Positions 1-9,881 of a DNA stretch of 64,000 nucleotides are shown piece after piece (within the stretch, counting starts at the first letter, position 1; each line of letters begins with the position of its first letter). The position numbers and the translations under genes were made by a program. The notes beneath the pieces are model-generated. The model searched no databases. It was not told the origin of the DNA and saw only the letters and a program-made list of their open reading frames with translations. The DNA is taken from NCBI GenBank assembly GCA_964614345.1, contig CAZTLP010000004.1, positions 2,491-66,490 on the forward strand, in the 5' to 3' direction. This DNA comes from an uncultured Gammaproteobacteria bacterium. Its GTDB lineage: Bacteria; Pseudomonadota; Gammaproteobacteria; Magnimaribacterales; Magnimaribacteraceae.

Positions 1-1158
1 TTCACTGGAAAGTTATGTGTTAAATACTTAACCGAAAAAGCTAAAGATCTTAATTGGGCAATAGCTGGAAGAGATAAAACTAAGTTGTCCCAAGTAGCTA
101 TAAGGTATTATCCAATAATTGAGAGATTAGTGGCCGATGGTGATGATGAAGAGGCACTGGATTTAATTACTAAAAGAACCAAAGTAATAATTTCCACAGC
201 TGGTCCATTTCATAGATATGGTTCAAAACTAGTTGCTTCATGTATTAAAAATTCTACTCACTATGTGGATATAACTGGAGAAACCTTTTGGATTAAAGAG
301 ATGATAGATAAGCATCATTCCGAGGCAGTAACCAACGGAGTAAGAATAATACCTTCCTGTGGTTATGATTCCCTTCCTTCGGATTTGGGAGTTTTCTTCG
401 CTGCTAAGACGCTCCAAAAACCCATTAAAAGGATTGAATCTTTTCATACAGGGCAGGGAGGAGCCTCAGGCGGCACAATTGAAACAGGGTTTTCAATGGG
501 AGATTTAAATCTAGGTAAACAAATGCAAGATCCCTTTTTATTGAATCCTGAAGACTCTGTAACTCCTGAACAAAGAAGTCTGAGCTCTGACAAAGTAAAA
601 ATAAAGAAAAATAACCTCATTAATGCTTGGACAGGTCGTTTCATCATGGCCACCATGAATACAAGGGTAGTTAGGAGAAGTGCTGCTTTACTCGAAGCAA
701 GGCAAGAAACCTATGGAGTCGATTTTACTTATCAAGAACATGCTTTTTATCAGAAGTATCTCAATGCTTTCTTAGTATCTTTTGGCACTATATTTTCAAT
801 GATAATCATTGCGACTCCTCTTAGAAAATTTGTAAGAAGGTTTTTACCTAAACCGGGAGAAGGACCTAGCGAGGAAACTATGCGCAAAGGTTTCTTTGAT
901 TGTTTATATACAGTGGAAGCAGAGGATGGTTCTATCAGTATTTTCAGAATGCACGGAAAAGGAGATCCAGGTTACAGAGTTACTTCAAAGTTTGTTTGTG
1001 AAAGTGCTCTTACTCTCATCCATTGCGAAGATGATTTACCTGGAGGAAAGGATTACGGTGGTCTCTTAACTCCCGCTTCAGGTCTGGGACAACCTCTGAT
1101 AGAAAGATTATCAAAGGCCGGGATATTCTTCGAAGGTCCTTTAGACAAATCAGATTAG
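1..1158 (+). CDS. Saccharopine dehydrogenase-like NAD(P)-binding oxidoreductase, 5' end cut by the window edge
   Basis: Frame 1 is open from base 1 (FTGKLCVKYLTEKAKDLNWAIAGRD...), upstream of the first Met at 85. The block STAGPFHRYGSKLVASCIKNSTHYVDITGE is typical of the saccharopine dehydrogenase/SCCPDH family. Confidence 0.7.
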   Translation, partial: FTGKLCVKYLTEKAKDLNWAIAGRDKTKLSQVAIRYYPIIERLVADGDDEEALDLITKRTKVIISTAGPFHRYGSKLVASCIKNSTHYVDITGETFWIKEMIDKHHSEAVTNGVRIIPSCGYDSLPSDLGVFFAAKTLQKPIKRIESFHTGQGGASGGTIETGFSMGDLNLGKQMQDPFLLNPEDSVTPEQRSLSSDKVKIKKNNLINAWTGRFIMATMNTRVVRRSAALLEARQETYGVDFTYQEHAFYQKYLNAFLVSFGTIFSMIIIATPLRKFVRRFLPKPGEGPSEETMRKGFFDCLYTVEAEDGSISIFRMHGKGDPGYRVTSKFVCESALTLIHCEDDLPGGKDYGGLLTPASGLGQPLIERLSKAGIFFEGPLDKSD

Positions 1159-1164
1159 ATTTTT

Positions 1165-2430
1165 TTATTTTTTGGGAAGTTTAAATACTCTTAACTTCTT
1201 CTTTAAAAGTCTGTTTTTTAAATTTGCTGTAATTGGGATTCCATTCTTATAAGGGGGGTAGGCCTCTCCTTGAATGAGGGGGCTTAAATATTTTTTACAT
1301 GACCCTGTAATACCAAAACCATCTTTTGTTATAAAACTTCTTGGCATCTTCTTTTCTTTATTAGCAACTCTACTGAGAGCAACTTTATCTATCTCCCAAG
1401 AATATTTTTTTGTTTTTTTTCTTTTTATAATTGGCATTACGGCATTTTGACCCCTAAGCACGAATTCAATTGCTGCTTGTCCTACTGAATAGGCTTGTTC
1501 TAAGTCTGTTAGTGAAGCAATATGTCGAGCAGATCTTTGAAGGTAGTCTGATACTGCCCAATGATATTTATAACCTAAAGAAGAATGTATTATTGAAGCT
1601 ATTTGAGGGGCTACACCCCCCAGTTGCTTATGACCAAAAGCATCTTTAGTACCTGCGTCTGATAAGAAGTTACCTTTACTATCTTGTACTCCTTCAGACA
1701 CAACTATGACGCAATAACCCTGCTTTCTAACTGTTGTTTTAACTTTAGAAAGCATCTTTTTTTGATTAAAGGGTATTTCTGGAAAAAGAATTATATGTGG
1801 AGGGTCTGTTTGTTTTTCTTGAGCTAAGCCTGAAGCTGCTGCTATCCAACCCGCATGTCTACCCATTACTTCCAGAATAAAAACTTTAGTGGAGGTTTCA
1901 GCCATGCTTGCTACATCAAGAGCTGCCTCTTTAGTTGAAATTGCAATGTATTTAGCTACTGAACCAAAACCAGGGCAGTTATCAGTAAAGGGAATATCAT
2001 TATCAACTGTTTTTGGTATGCCAATGCATTGAACAGGAAATCCCATATCTTGGGTGAAATTAGCAATCTTATTAGCCGTATCTTGTGAATCTCCTCCTCC
2101 GTTATAAAAGAAGTGACCAATATTATGGGCTACAAAAATATCTAATAATCGTTTGTATTCATTATTGTTGATTTCAGGATCTTGGAGTTTATATCTGCAC
2201 GAACCGAAAGCTCCTCCTGGTGTATGCTTTAACTTAGCTATTTCTTTATCGGATTCTAAGCTGGTATCAATGAGCTCTTCGTTAAGCGCTCCAAGAATGC
2301 CATTTTTAGCAGCAAAAATTTTACCTATTCTTTTTGATTTTCTGCCTGCTTCTATTACGCCTGCTGCAGTTGCATTTATGACTGCAGTTACTCCACCTGA
2401 TTGGGCATATAGAACATTTCTATTCTTCAT
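1165..2430 (-). CDS. 6-phosphofructokinase, PfkA family (possibly the PPi-dependent type)
   Basis: 421 aa with the PFK signatures GGGDS, PKTVDNDI and EVMGRHAGWIA. GGGDS in place of GGDGS hints at the PPi-utilising group but does not settle it. Confidence 0.85.
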   Translation of the reverse strand: MKNRNVLYAQSGGVTAVINATAAGVIEAGRKSKRIGKIFAAKNGILGALNEELIDTSLESDKEIAKLKHTPGGAFGSCRYKLQDPEINNNEYKRLLDIFVAHNIGHFFYNGGGDSQDTANKIANFTQDMGFPVQCIGIPKTVDNDIPFTDNCPGFGSVAKYIAISTKEAALDVASMAETSTKVFILEVMGRHAGWIAAASGLAQEKQTDPPHIILFPEIPFNQKKMLSKVKTTVRKQGYCVIVVSEGVQDSKGNFLSDAGTKDAFGHKQLGGVAPQIASIIHSSLGYKYHWAVSDYLQRSARHIASLTDLEQAYSVGQAAIEFVLRGQNAVMPIIKRKKTKKYSWEIDKVALSRVANKEKKMPRSFITKDGFGITGSCKKYLSPLIQGEAYPPYKNGIPITANLKNRLLKKKLRVFKLPKK

Positions 2431-2492
2431 AAGTGCGATGTTACTTAAATCTTGACCAAGAGGGAATTAAACGAGATGGGTATAATTAAAAT

Positions 2493-3845
2493 ATGTCAGT
2501 TAAAAAGATTCATATATTAGGTATCTGTGGAACCTTTATGGGCAGTCTAGCCCTGCTTGCAAGGGAATTAGGGTTCGAAGTTTCAGGTTGTGATGAAAAT
2601 GTTTATCCACCAATGTCGGACCTGCTAGAAGAACAAAACATAAAGGTAAATCAAGGTTATAAGAAGACCGACTTACCTGAAGCTGACCTTTATTTGATAG
2701 GCAATGTAATTTCCAGAGGAAATGAATCTATTGAATACATATTAGATTCAAAATTACCTCATACTTCTGGCCCAGCATGGCTATCAGAGAATATTCTTCA
2801 AAATCGAAGAGTTATCGCCGTCTCCGGAACCCATGGAAAAACTTCCACCACAGCAATGCTAACCTGGATACTTGTTAATTTAGGGCTTGACCCTGGTTTT
2901 TTAATTGCTGGCAGACCTAAGGACTTTTCTGTCTCAGCTAAATTAGGCAAAGGTGAGATTTTCGTAATTGAAGCGGACGAATACGACACAGCTTTTTTTG
3001 ATAAACGAGCAAAATTCATTCACTACAATCCTGAAGTCTTGATCATTAATAATTTGGAGTTTGACCATGCAGACATATATAGAAATTTAGCAGAAATTCA
3101 AAAACAATTTCATAACTTGATTAGGACAATGTCTTCTGAAGATTGCATAGTACTTCCTTCAGATGATAAGAACATTAAAACATTATTGGATTCGGGAATG
3201 TGGAGTAAAAAATCAGAATTTGGTTCTAATAGAAAAAATTTGAATTACTTTGAAGCTATTAAAAAGGATCACTCTTCACTTAGGTTTTTTATAAATAAAG
3301 AGAAAGCCGAAATAGATTGGAATCTGTTAGGTGAGCATAATGCAAGAAATGCAATGGCAGCTCTATTAGCACTGCATCACTTTGATATAGCTATATCTGA
3401 TTCGGCTAAGTGTTTAGAAACATTCTCTGGAGTCAAAAGAAGACTAGAGACAATTATAGATCGAGAGGAACTCAAACTATTTGACGACTTTGCTCATCAT
3501 CCTACTGCAATAGAGGAGACCTTGAGGGGTTTAAGGTCTCGCTATAAAGAAAATAGAATAATTGCTTTGATAGAAATCAGGTCAAATACTATGAAATCAG
3601 GACTGCATGACACACGTCTACTTAGTGCAACAAGTGAAGCGGATCTAGTTTTTTGGAAGGGACCAGATGAAAATCAGTTAAGAAATTTAGTTAACCAAAC
3701 ACCTAAAAACCACAATATTATGGATTCAGTCGACCTTTTCGCTGACAAACTAAAAAGTTCTGTTACTAATGAAGGAGATGTAATTGTTATGATGTCAAAT
3801 GGGAGTTTTGATGGACTTGCAGATCTTTTAAAATCAAAACTATAA
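2493..3845 (+). CDS. mpl: UDP-N-acetylmuramate:L-alanyl-gamma-D-glutamyl-meso-diaminopimelate ligase (murein peptide ligase)
   Basis: 450 aa. The N-terminus IHILGICGTFMGSLALLARELGFEVSGCDENVYPPMS closely parallels E. coli Mpl. It also has the Mur ligase P-loop GTHGKTSTT. Confidence 0.9.
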   Translation: MSVKKIHILGICGTFMGSLALLARELGFEVSGCDENVYPPMSDLLEEQNIKVNQGYKKTDLPEADLYLIGNVISRGNESIEYILDSKLPHTSGPAWLSENILQNRRVIAVSGTHGKTSTTAMLTWILVNLGLDPGFLIAGRPKDFSVSAKLGKGEIFVIEADEYDTAFFDKRAKFIHYNPEVLIINNLEFDHADIYRNLAEIQKQFHNLIRTMSSEDCIVLPSDDKNIKTLLDSGMWSKKSEFGSNRKNLNYFEAIKKDHSSLRFFINKEKAEIDWNLLGEHNARNAMAALLALHHFDIAISDSAKCLETFSGVKRRLETIIDREELKLFDDFAHHPTAIEETLRGLRSRYKENRIIALIEIRSNTMKSGLHDTRLLSATSEADLVFWKGPDENQLRNLVNQTPKNHNIMDSVDLFADKLKSSVTNEGDVIVMMSNGSFDGLADLLKSKL

Positions 3846-3849
3846 GTAT

Positions 3850-5052
3850 ATGAAACCTCTTTTTTTAATTTGCATAATCCTATTTTTTCAATCTTGTACT
3901 GAAAGTAAAAAAGATTTTGATGCAGAACTGATAGCACAAGATTCGTTAATATTAGATTCCCATATAGATGTCCCTTATCGTCTTTGGCGGCAGCACATGG
4001 AAGGCCGAGAGATAGACGATATATCAGGTTCTACTGATGGAGATTTTGATTTTATAAGAGCAAGAAAAGGAGGCCTTAATGTCCCATTCTTCTCAATATA
4101 TTTACCAGCGAGTACCCAAGAAGATGGAACCGCTCACAAAATGGCTAATGAATTAATTGATATGGTAGAAGACATAGTCACTCTTCATCCAGAAAAGTTT
4201 ATTTTAATCAATTCTGTAGCTGACCTTGTTTCAATTACTAACAAAAATATAGTTGGTATAGCCTTGGGTATGGAAAATGGAGCACCCATTCAGGGCGATC
4301 TCTCAAGGGTCCAGTATTACTTTGATAGAGGTATACGTTATATAACTTTGACTCATTCAAAGACCAACCATATAAGCGATTCTTCTTATGATGAGAGTAT
4401 TCAATGGCATGGTTTGAGTGAATTTGGTAAGAGCCTCATTAAGGAGATGAATAAAGTTGGCATCATGGTAGATATCTCTCATGTAAACGATGAAGCTTTT
4501 TATCAAGCTATCGAAATTAGTCAGGTGCCAGTGATAGCAAGCCATTCTTCTTTGAGATACTTTACCCCTGGGTTTGAAAGGAATGTTGATGATGCCATGT
4601 TAAGTAAATTGGCTGAAAAAGGCGGTGTTATACAAATTAATTTTGGAAGTAGTTTTATCAGCAAAAGACCTCAAGATTATTCAGTCAAAATGAATAGCTT
4701 CTTGGAATCAAGGTTGGGTAAAAATTTACAAGAAGTCTCTGAACAAGATATCAGAGAAACTAGAAATGAGTTCATGGCAATCAACCCTTATCCTTATGCA
4801 AGTTTAGATGAAGTGCTCGATCATTTTGACAGAGTTGTAAAGTTAGTAGGAATAGACCATGTAGGGATAGGCTCTGATTATGATGGGGTGGGTGATACTC
4901 TTCCTGTAGGTCTAAAAGATGTTTCAACTTACCCGGTTCTAATTCAGGGCTTATTAGGCAGGGGTTATAGTCAGAAAGATATTCAAAAGATTTTAGGGGG
5001 CAATCTAATCAGAGTGTGGAAAGAAGTTGAAGAATATGCGGGAAGAAACTAA
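3850..5052 (+). CDS. Membrane dipeptidase, peptidase family M19, secreted or lipoprotein
   Basis: 400 aa with a signal peptide ending in FFQSC. M19 blocks: HIDVPYRL, ITLTHSKTN, DISHV and DHVGIGSDYDG. Confidence 0.85.
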   Translation: MKPLFLICIILFFQSCTESKKDFDAELIAQDSLILDSHIDVPYRLWRQHMEGREIDDISGSTDGDFDFIRARKGGLNVPFFSIYLPASTQEDGTAHKMANELIDMVEDIVTLHPEKFILINSVADLVSITNKNIVGIALGMENGAPIQGDLSRVQYYFDRGIRYITLTHSKTNHISDSSYDESIQWHGLSEFGKSLIKEMNKVGIMVDISHVNDEAFYQAIEISQVPVIASHSSLRYFTPGFERNVDDAMLSKLAEKGGVIQINFGSSFISKRPQDYSVKMNSFLESRLGKNLQEVSEQDIRETRNEFMAINPYPYASLDEVLDHFDRVVKLVGIDHVGIGSDYDGVGDTLPVGLKDVSTYPVLIQGLLGRGYSQKDIQKILGGNLIRVWKEVEEYAGRN

Positions 5053-5644
5053 TTTATCAAAAGAAAACCCTATCTTTCCTTTGACAGTTAATGTCCTCCC
5101 TGGGGGGTATTTGCCTTTACAAATCTTTGAACCAAGATATTTAGACATGGTTAAACGATGTATGAGTCAAGAAGTAGGATTTTGCATTGTTCTCATGAGA
5201 GGTCAAAGCGAATCAAAAACTACAAATTTACCTGATCATTCACCTATAGGCACATATGTTGAAATTGTTGACTTTAATCAACTTGAAAATGGTCTTTTAG
5301 GTATAACCGTTCAAGGGCAATATCGAATTAAAATATTAGATAGAAAAGTTCAGGAAGATGGACTAATTATTGCAGACACAATAGAAGAGCCGGAAGAAGA
5401 AGAATCAGTATCATTAGAACCTCAATATGAAAATATATGGAGAATACTTAGAGAAATTTCAGACCATCCAGAAATAAAGAAGCTTCAATTAGTTATTGAT
5501 TTTGATAACTCTTCAAGTGTTGCTTACAGTTTGGCGAGCCTTTTACCCCTTACACCTCCAGAAAGACAAAATATACTGGAGTTCCAATCCAATGTGGATA
5601 GATTTGACCATCTAAATAAAATAGTTAAACAGCTAGGAGGTTAG
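5027..5644 (+). CDS. LON N-terminal substrate-binding domain protein
   Basis: 205 aa. IFPLTVNVLPGGYLPLQIFEPRYLDMV is the typical start of a Lon N-terminal (PUA-like) domain. The start may be the Met at 5036. The gene overlaps the 3' end of the dipeptidase gene. Confidence 0.75.
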   Translation: MKNMREETNLSKENPIFPLTVNVLPGGYLPLQIFEPRYLDMVKRCMSQEVGFCIVLMRGQSESKTTNLPDHSPIGTYVEIVDFNQLENGLLGITVQGQYRIKILDRKVQEDGLIIADTIEEPEEEESVSLEPQYENIWRILREISDHPEIKKLQLVIDFDNSSSVAYSLASLLPLTPPERQNILEFQSNVDRFDHLNKIVKQLGG

Positions 5645-5649
5645 CCTTA

Positions 5650-6681
5650 CTAATCAGGATCTGAAATTTTAAGTAATTGTTTGCCGAAATTTTGCCCTGT
5701 AAAAAGCCTTACCAAAGTATCAGGTGCGTTCTCTATGCCTTCTTGGATATCCTCCAGATAATTAATCTTTCCTTCTTTAACCCAATTACTAAGATTGCTT
5801 ATGGCTTCAGGAAATCTATCAAGATAATCAAGAACAATAAATCCCTCCATTTTTGCCCTCATTATTACTAGAGACATGTAATTGGAAGGTCCTGGTGCAG
5901 GACTCTCATTGTTGTAGGTTGATATAGCTCCACAAAGTATTATTCTTGCATTCATGTTGATTAAAGTTAAAGCAGTGTCAAGAAATTCACCTCCAACATT
6001 ATCAAACACCACATCTATTCCATCTGGGCAAAGTTCTCTTAAGGTTTCAGCTAAATTAGCACTTTTATAGTCTATTGCTGCATCAAAATTTGCTTCTTCT
6101 GTAAGCCAATTACATTTTTTAGTTCCTCCTGCAATTCCTATTACTCGACAACCTTTAATTTTGGCTATTTGTCCTGCGACAGAACCTGTAGCTCCTGCAG
6201 CACCAGAGATGACAACAGTTTCTCCTTCCTTGGGCTCTCCTACATCAAGTAAGCCAAAATAAGCAGTTAAACCTGTTACTCCATAAACACTCAAGGAAGC
6301 GGTGGGAGGGATATTATCTGGAATTTTAGAGGCATTCATAAAACCCGCTTTACCGTCAGAAATCGCGAATTCTTGCCATCCAAAACTACCTTGCACTATG
6401 TCACCTTCAGTGAAATCAGGAATGTTAGATTCAATTACCTGCGAAATAGTACTTGAACGCATAACTTCTCCTATTTGAACAGGAGGCATATAACTTTTCA
6501 TATCATTAAGCCAACCTCTTTGGGTTGGATCAAAGCCAAAATAGAGATTTTTTAGCAACATTTGGTCTTCTTTTAGTTCTTCTAATTCAGATTCTCTAAA
6601 CTCAAAATTATCCTTACTCACCATGCCTTGAGGTCTAGATGACAAAACCCATTGTCTATTTTTTAAATTTTTTCTTGTCAT
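5650..6681 (-). CDS. NADP-dependent medium-chain oxidoreductase (alkenal/enone reductase, YncB/PTGR-like)
   Basis: 343 aa with the cofactor motif VVISGAAGATGSVAGQIAKIKGCRVIGIAGG, characteristic of the leukotriene B4 dehydrogenase/YncB subgroup. Confidence 0.85.
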   Translation of the reverse strand: MTRKNLKNRQWVLSSRPQGMVSKDNFEFRESELEELKEDQMLLKNLYFGFDPTQRGWLNDMKSYMPPVQIGEVMRSSTISQVIESNIPDFTEGDIVQGSFGWQEFAISDGKAGFMNASKIPDNIPPTASLSVYGVTGLTAYFGLLDVGEPKEGETVVISGAAGATGSVAGQIAKIKGCRVIGIAGGTKKCNWLTEEANFDAAIDYKSANLAETLRELCPDGIDVVFDNVGGEFLDTALTLINMNARIILCGAISTYNNESPAPGPSNYMSLVIMRAKMEGFIVLDYLDRFPEAISNLSNWVKEGKINYLEDIQEGIENAPDTLVRLFTGQNFGKQLLKISDPD

Positions 6682-6687
6682 AATTAA

Positions 6688-8091
6688 TTATTCTCCCTGT
6701 CGCCAGTTTCCATGAAAACCATAAGGTATTCTGTGAGGTAATTTAGCAGTGGCTATGGGTCCTGATGATACATCCATAGCATTGAATATTAATAAATCGG
6801 ATCTATTTTCAATTCCTCTATAAGCCAAGGCTATTAAGTACCCATCACCTTCTTCAGCTTCATTTGATGAAGGAATAAAAACAGGTTCTCCAACAGCGTC
6901 TTCTTTATTTAGAGAATAGAATTCTTTTTTGTTTGTTTGATGATCATGATGAGCTATAGAGTTGAAGCCTATTCCGGGAGGATGATCACCTATGCTTGCC
7001 GCATAAAATCCATGCCTATAATTAAGCATGCTAAACCTCTCATCCAATCTAGGAAATTCACCTATATCTTCATCTAGGCAGTTTTTATTTATCTTTCCTG
7101 AGTTTGAAGATAAATCTATTTCCCACCTATTAAGTCTGGCCTCAGCTTTCCTTGGATCCGGTGTAGATCCGTCAGCATGAGGAAATAATGGAGCTTCTTC
7201 AAATTGCATCATATCGGCAATGATCTTATCTCCATCTGTATAAGCATTCATTGGATGGAATACATAACAAGGATCATCTTCAATCCATTTAATATCTTCA
7301 ACGGATCCATTTCTTGGCATAACACCAATATAGCTAGGCATCTGTCCATTCCAAGCAATAGGGGCATTACCCTTTATAGCCTCTTCAAAATCAATAATTA
7401 AGGGGAAGATAGGAAAGATTACATGTTCAGAGGTTACAATAAAATCATGAACCATACTCGAGTAAGGAGCGTTAAACTCAGAATAGTTAGTTAATTTTCC
7501 AGCTGCATCTACAACAAAATAAGTCGTCTTTTTATCACCAAAGCCATAACTAAAAGCAACCATCTCTCCAGTTAAAGGATCAATCTTAGGATGTGCTGTC
7601 ATAGGTGAAAGCAGTTTGCCTTCGTAGTTATATGTTCCAATCGATTCCAGAGTTATTGGATCAATTTCAAATGGAGGATGTCCTTCTTCAAGAGCCAAAA
7701 GTTTATCTCCATGAAAGACAATATTAGTATTTGCGGTTCCATCTTCTCCCTCTGGGTTCCATTCAGGATCTGGGTCCATAGGGTTTAGCAAGTTCACTAA
7801 AGATCTTCCTGCTTTTCTCTCTTGTTTCCATTTAGAAGTTTGAACCCATCTATTTTTGTAAGAAACTTTTCCATTCTCAAAATGAAAGGCATGAATCATT
7901 CCGTCCCCCCCAAACCAATGATAATGACCTCCTCTTGGAGGGAATTGGGGATCAGGACCATTCCTATAGTAGCTTCCAAATAAATCTTGAGGTATTTCTC
8001 CCTCTACTACGAGATCATTCAGATCACATTCCATCCTCAAAGGTGCATAGTTTCCTTCTAAATTAGGATGGCTTGGGTAGGTAGTCGTCAT
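6688..8091 (-). CDS. Carotenoid/apocarotenoid cleavage oxygenase (RPE65/CCO family)
   Basis: 467 aa. The N-terminal block GNYAPLRMECDLNDLVVEGEIPQDLFGSYYRNGPDPQF is family-typical. Conserved His positions are present (MTAHPK, MVHDF, VFHPMN, and HG near the C-terminus). Confidence 0.85.
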   Translation of the reverse strand: MTTTYPSHPNLEGNYAPLRMECDLNDLVVEGEIPQDLFGSYYRNGPDPQFPPRGGHYHWFGGDGMIHAFHFENGKVSYKNRWVQTSKWKQERKAGRSLVNLLNPMDPDPEWNPEGEDGTANTNIVFHGDKLLALEEGHPPFEIDPITLESIGTYNYEGKLLSPMTAHPKIDPLTGEMVAFSYGFGDKKTTYFVVDAAGKLTNYSEFNAPYSSMVHDFIVTSEHVIFPIFPLIIDFEEAIKGNAPIAWNGQMPSYIGVMPRNGSVEDIKWIEDDPCYVFHPMNAYTDGDKIIADMMQFEEAPLFPHADGSTPDPRKAEARLNRWEIDLSSNSGKINKNCLDEDIGEFPRLDERFSMLNYRHGFYAASIGDHPPGIGFNSIAHHDHQTNKKEFYSLNKEDAVGEPVFIPSSNEAEEGDGYLIALAYRGIENRSDLLIFNAMDVSSGPIATAKLPHRIPYGFHGNWRQGE

Positions 8092-8133
8092 ATTTTTCTT
8101 CCTTAAATTTTTATTAAGTTTAACAAGAGACAG

Positions 8134-8733
8134 TTACTTTTTGTTAAGTAAATATCTGACAAATAAGAGAAAGGCAACAGCTAGAGCTATAAACCCGGCG
8201 GCTAAAGTTAGGTTATCTGATCCTTCTAAAGCAGTCTTTGCTGCAAAATAACCTGGCAGTGTGTAGACGGGTGCCCAAATCAGACCAGAAATCAGATCTA
8301 CAAAAATAAAAGTTCTCAAATCCATGGACAATGAGCCAACTGTAATTGGAATTAAGGGCCTAATAGGCCCAACAAACCTGCCTAAGAAGACACCCGGTAT
8401 CCCATAACTTTTAGAAAATTTACGACCTTGTTCTAGCCAAGAAGGGTTGTTATTAAATGGCCAGATACTATCTATTTTATTACTTAAATATTTTCCTATA
8501 AGAAAACTAAAAATATCTGCTAGACAACTAGATAGATACACCAGAGATACTACTTGAAAAATTGAAAGATCAGTTGAGGCAGCCAATCCTGATATAGCTG
8601 CTAACAAAACTACCCCAGGAATAATTATTCCAATTAAAGCGAATGATTCTATAAATGCAGCTGAACACAAACCTAGAATTATCCACTCAGGGTTTTGTTG
8701 CAACCAGACGGTTACTGCTCCAATATCAAACAT
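8134..8733 (-). CDS. DedA family inner-membrane protein
   Basis: 199 aa, multi-pass. Contains the DedA-like block FIESFALIGIIIPGVVLL and a GRFVGPIRPLIP motif. Confidence 0.8.
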   Translation of the reverse strand: MFDIGAVTVWLQQNPEWIILGLCSAAFIESFALIGIIIPGVVLLAAISGLAASTDLSIFQVVSLVYLSSCLADIFSFLIGKYLSNKIDSIWPFNNNPSWLEQGRKFSKSYGIPGVFLGRFVGPIRPLIPITVGSLSMDLRTFIFVDLISGLIWAPVYTLPGYFAAKTALEGSDNLTLAAGFIALAVAFLLFVRYLLNKK

Positions 8734-8779
8734 CCTATAATCCGTTTTTTGAATTCACTTTCCTATAGAATATTTGATT

Positions 8780-8911
8780 ATGAAAGATAGTAAAGATAAT
8801 AGTTCCTATATGGAATTGTCAGGCAGTGAAGCTAAATCAGCTTCAGAAGTTCTTTCTACTTTTAAATATTTAGTTGAGGGTAATTCTGAACTACGGGGGT
8901 ATTTAATTTAA
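8780..8911 (+). pseudogene. Possible 3'-terminal relic of proA (gamma-glutamyl phosphate reductase)
   Basis: A 43-codon ORF ends 3 nt before nadD. Its tail EVLSTFKYLVEGNSELRG resembles the ProA C-terminus (E. coli EALTTYKWIGIGDYTIRA, recalled from memory). proA-nadD is a common gammaproteobacterial neighbourhood. Confidence 0.25.
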
Positions 8912-8914
8912 TCA

Positions 8915-9559
8915 ATGCCAAGAATAATCGGTGTCTTTGGTGGTACTTTTGACCCTGTTCATAATGGTCATGTACTAACTATCTCAGAATTGTTAGAGAA
9001 ATTACCCTTTGAAAAGATTTTGGTTATTCCTAATTTCAAGCCACCGCATAGAGAGAGCTCTCAGGTCTCCTACAAACATAGATATGAAATGACCTCCTTA
9101 GCATTTAAAGATATACCAAAAACTACTGTGGATTGCAGAGAGTATCTTAGAGAGGGTCCATCTTATGCCATAGAAACAGTTAAGGAAGTAATGACTAAGG
9201 AAGAAGAAGCCAGGGTAGTTATGATAGTGGGTTCAGATTCTTTTGTTGACATACATTCCTGGCACAAATGGAAAGAGCTGATTGATCTGGTAGATTTTGT
9301 GATCATGAAAAGACCGGGTTCACCACTTTCAAAAAATAACAAAGCAAAAGATCTAGTTAATATTGAAGGGTTTAAAAAAGATTTATTTGAAGACAGGCAA
9401 TTAAATATTTTTGAAATTGAAGTTGCTCCCTTTAAAATTTCTTCTTCATCAATTAGAGAGAAGATTGCTAAAGGTAAGAAAATCGATCATCTTGTTAATA
9501 AGCATGTTGAAGAATATATAAAAGAACATGGTTTATATGGCTCAGAAAGTTTTACCTAG
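8915..9559 (+). CDS. nadD: Nicotinate-nucleotide adenylyltransferase
   Basis: 214 aa with the GVFGGTFDPVHNGH nucleotidyltransferase motif and the ISSSSIRE motif. Sits in nadD-rsfS-rlmH synteny. Confidence 0.9.
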   Translation: MPRIIGVFGGTFDPVHNGHVLTISELLEKLPFEKILVIPNFKPPHRESSQVSYKHRYEMTSLAFKDIPKTTVDCREYLREGPSYAIETVKEVMTKEEEARVVMIVGSDSFVDIHSWHKWKELIDLVDFVIMKRPGSPLSKNNKAKDLVNIEGFKKDLFEDRQLNIFEIEVAPFKISSSSIREKIAKGKKIDHLVNKHVEEYIKEHGLYGSESFT

Positions 9560-9881
9560 CAAATTAAGAGACCTTGTATCAGCTAGCCTTGATGAACTAA
9601 AGGCTGTTGATCCTGTCACAATTAATGTAAAAAAATTAAGCAGCTTTACAGACTATATGATCATAGCCACTGGTACTTCTAATAGACATATACAGTCCAT
9701 TGGAGAAAAGGTTCTTGAAGACCTTAAGGTCAAGGATATTAAGCCTATCGGACTGGAAGGAGAGGGAAGTGAGGAGTGGGTACTTATAGATATCGGAGAT
9801 GTTGTTTTGCATCTAATGTCTGCTAAAGCAAGAACTTTTTATGATCTGGAAAGTCTTTGGGATCCTGATTTGGGCAGATGA
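9528..9881 (+). CDS. rsfS: Ribosome silencing factor RsfS
   Basis: 117 aa with DYMIIATGTSNRHIQSI and WVLIDIGDVVLHLM blocks. Located between nadD and rlmH. The real start may be the Met at 9537. Confidence 0.85.
   Translation: MVYMAQKVLPSKLRDLVSASLDELKAVDPVTINVKKLSSFTDYMIIATGTSNRHIQSIGEKVLEDLKVKDIKPIGLEGEGSEEWVLIDIGDVVLHLMSAKARTFYDLESLWDPDLGR

Noticed and set aside
238-656. Two ~70-aa minus-strand ORFs inside the saccharopine dehydrogenase-like gene, and the 100-aa ORF at 2153-2455 antisense to the phosphofructokinase gene
   Set aside because: They are antisense shadows of well-supported genes.
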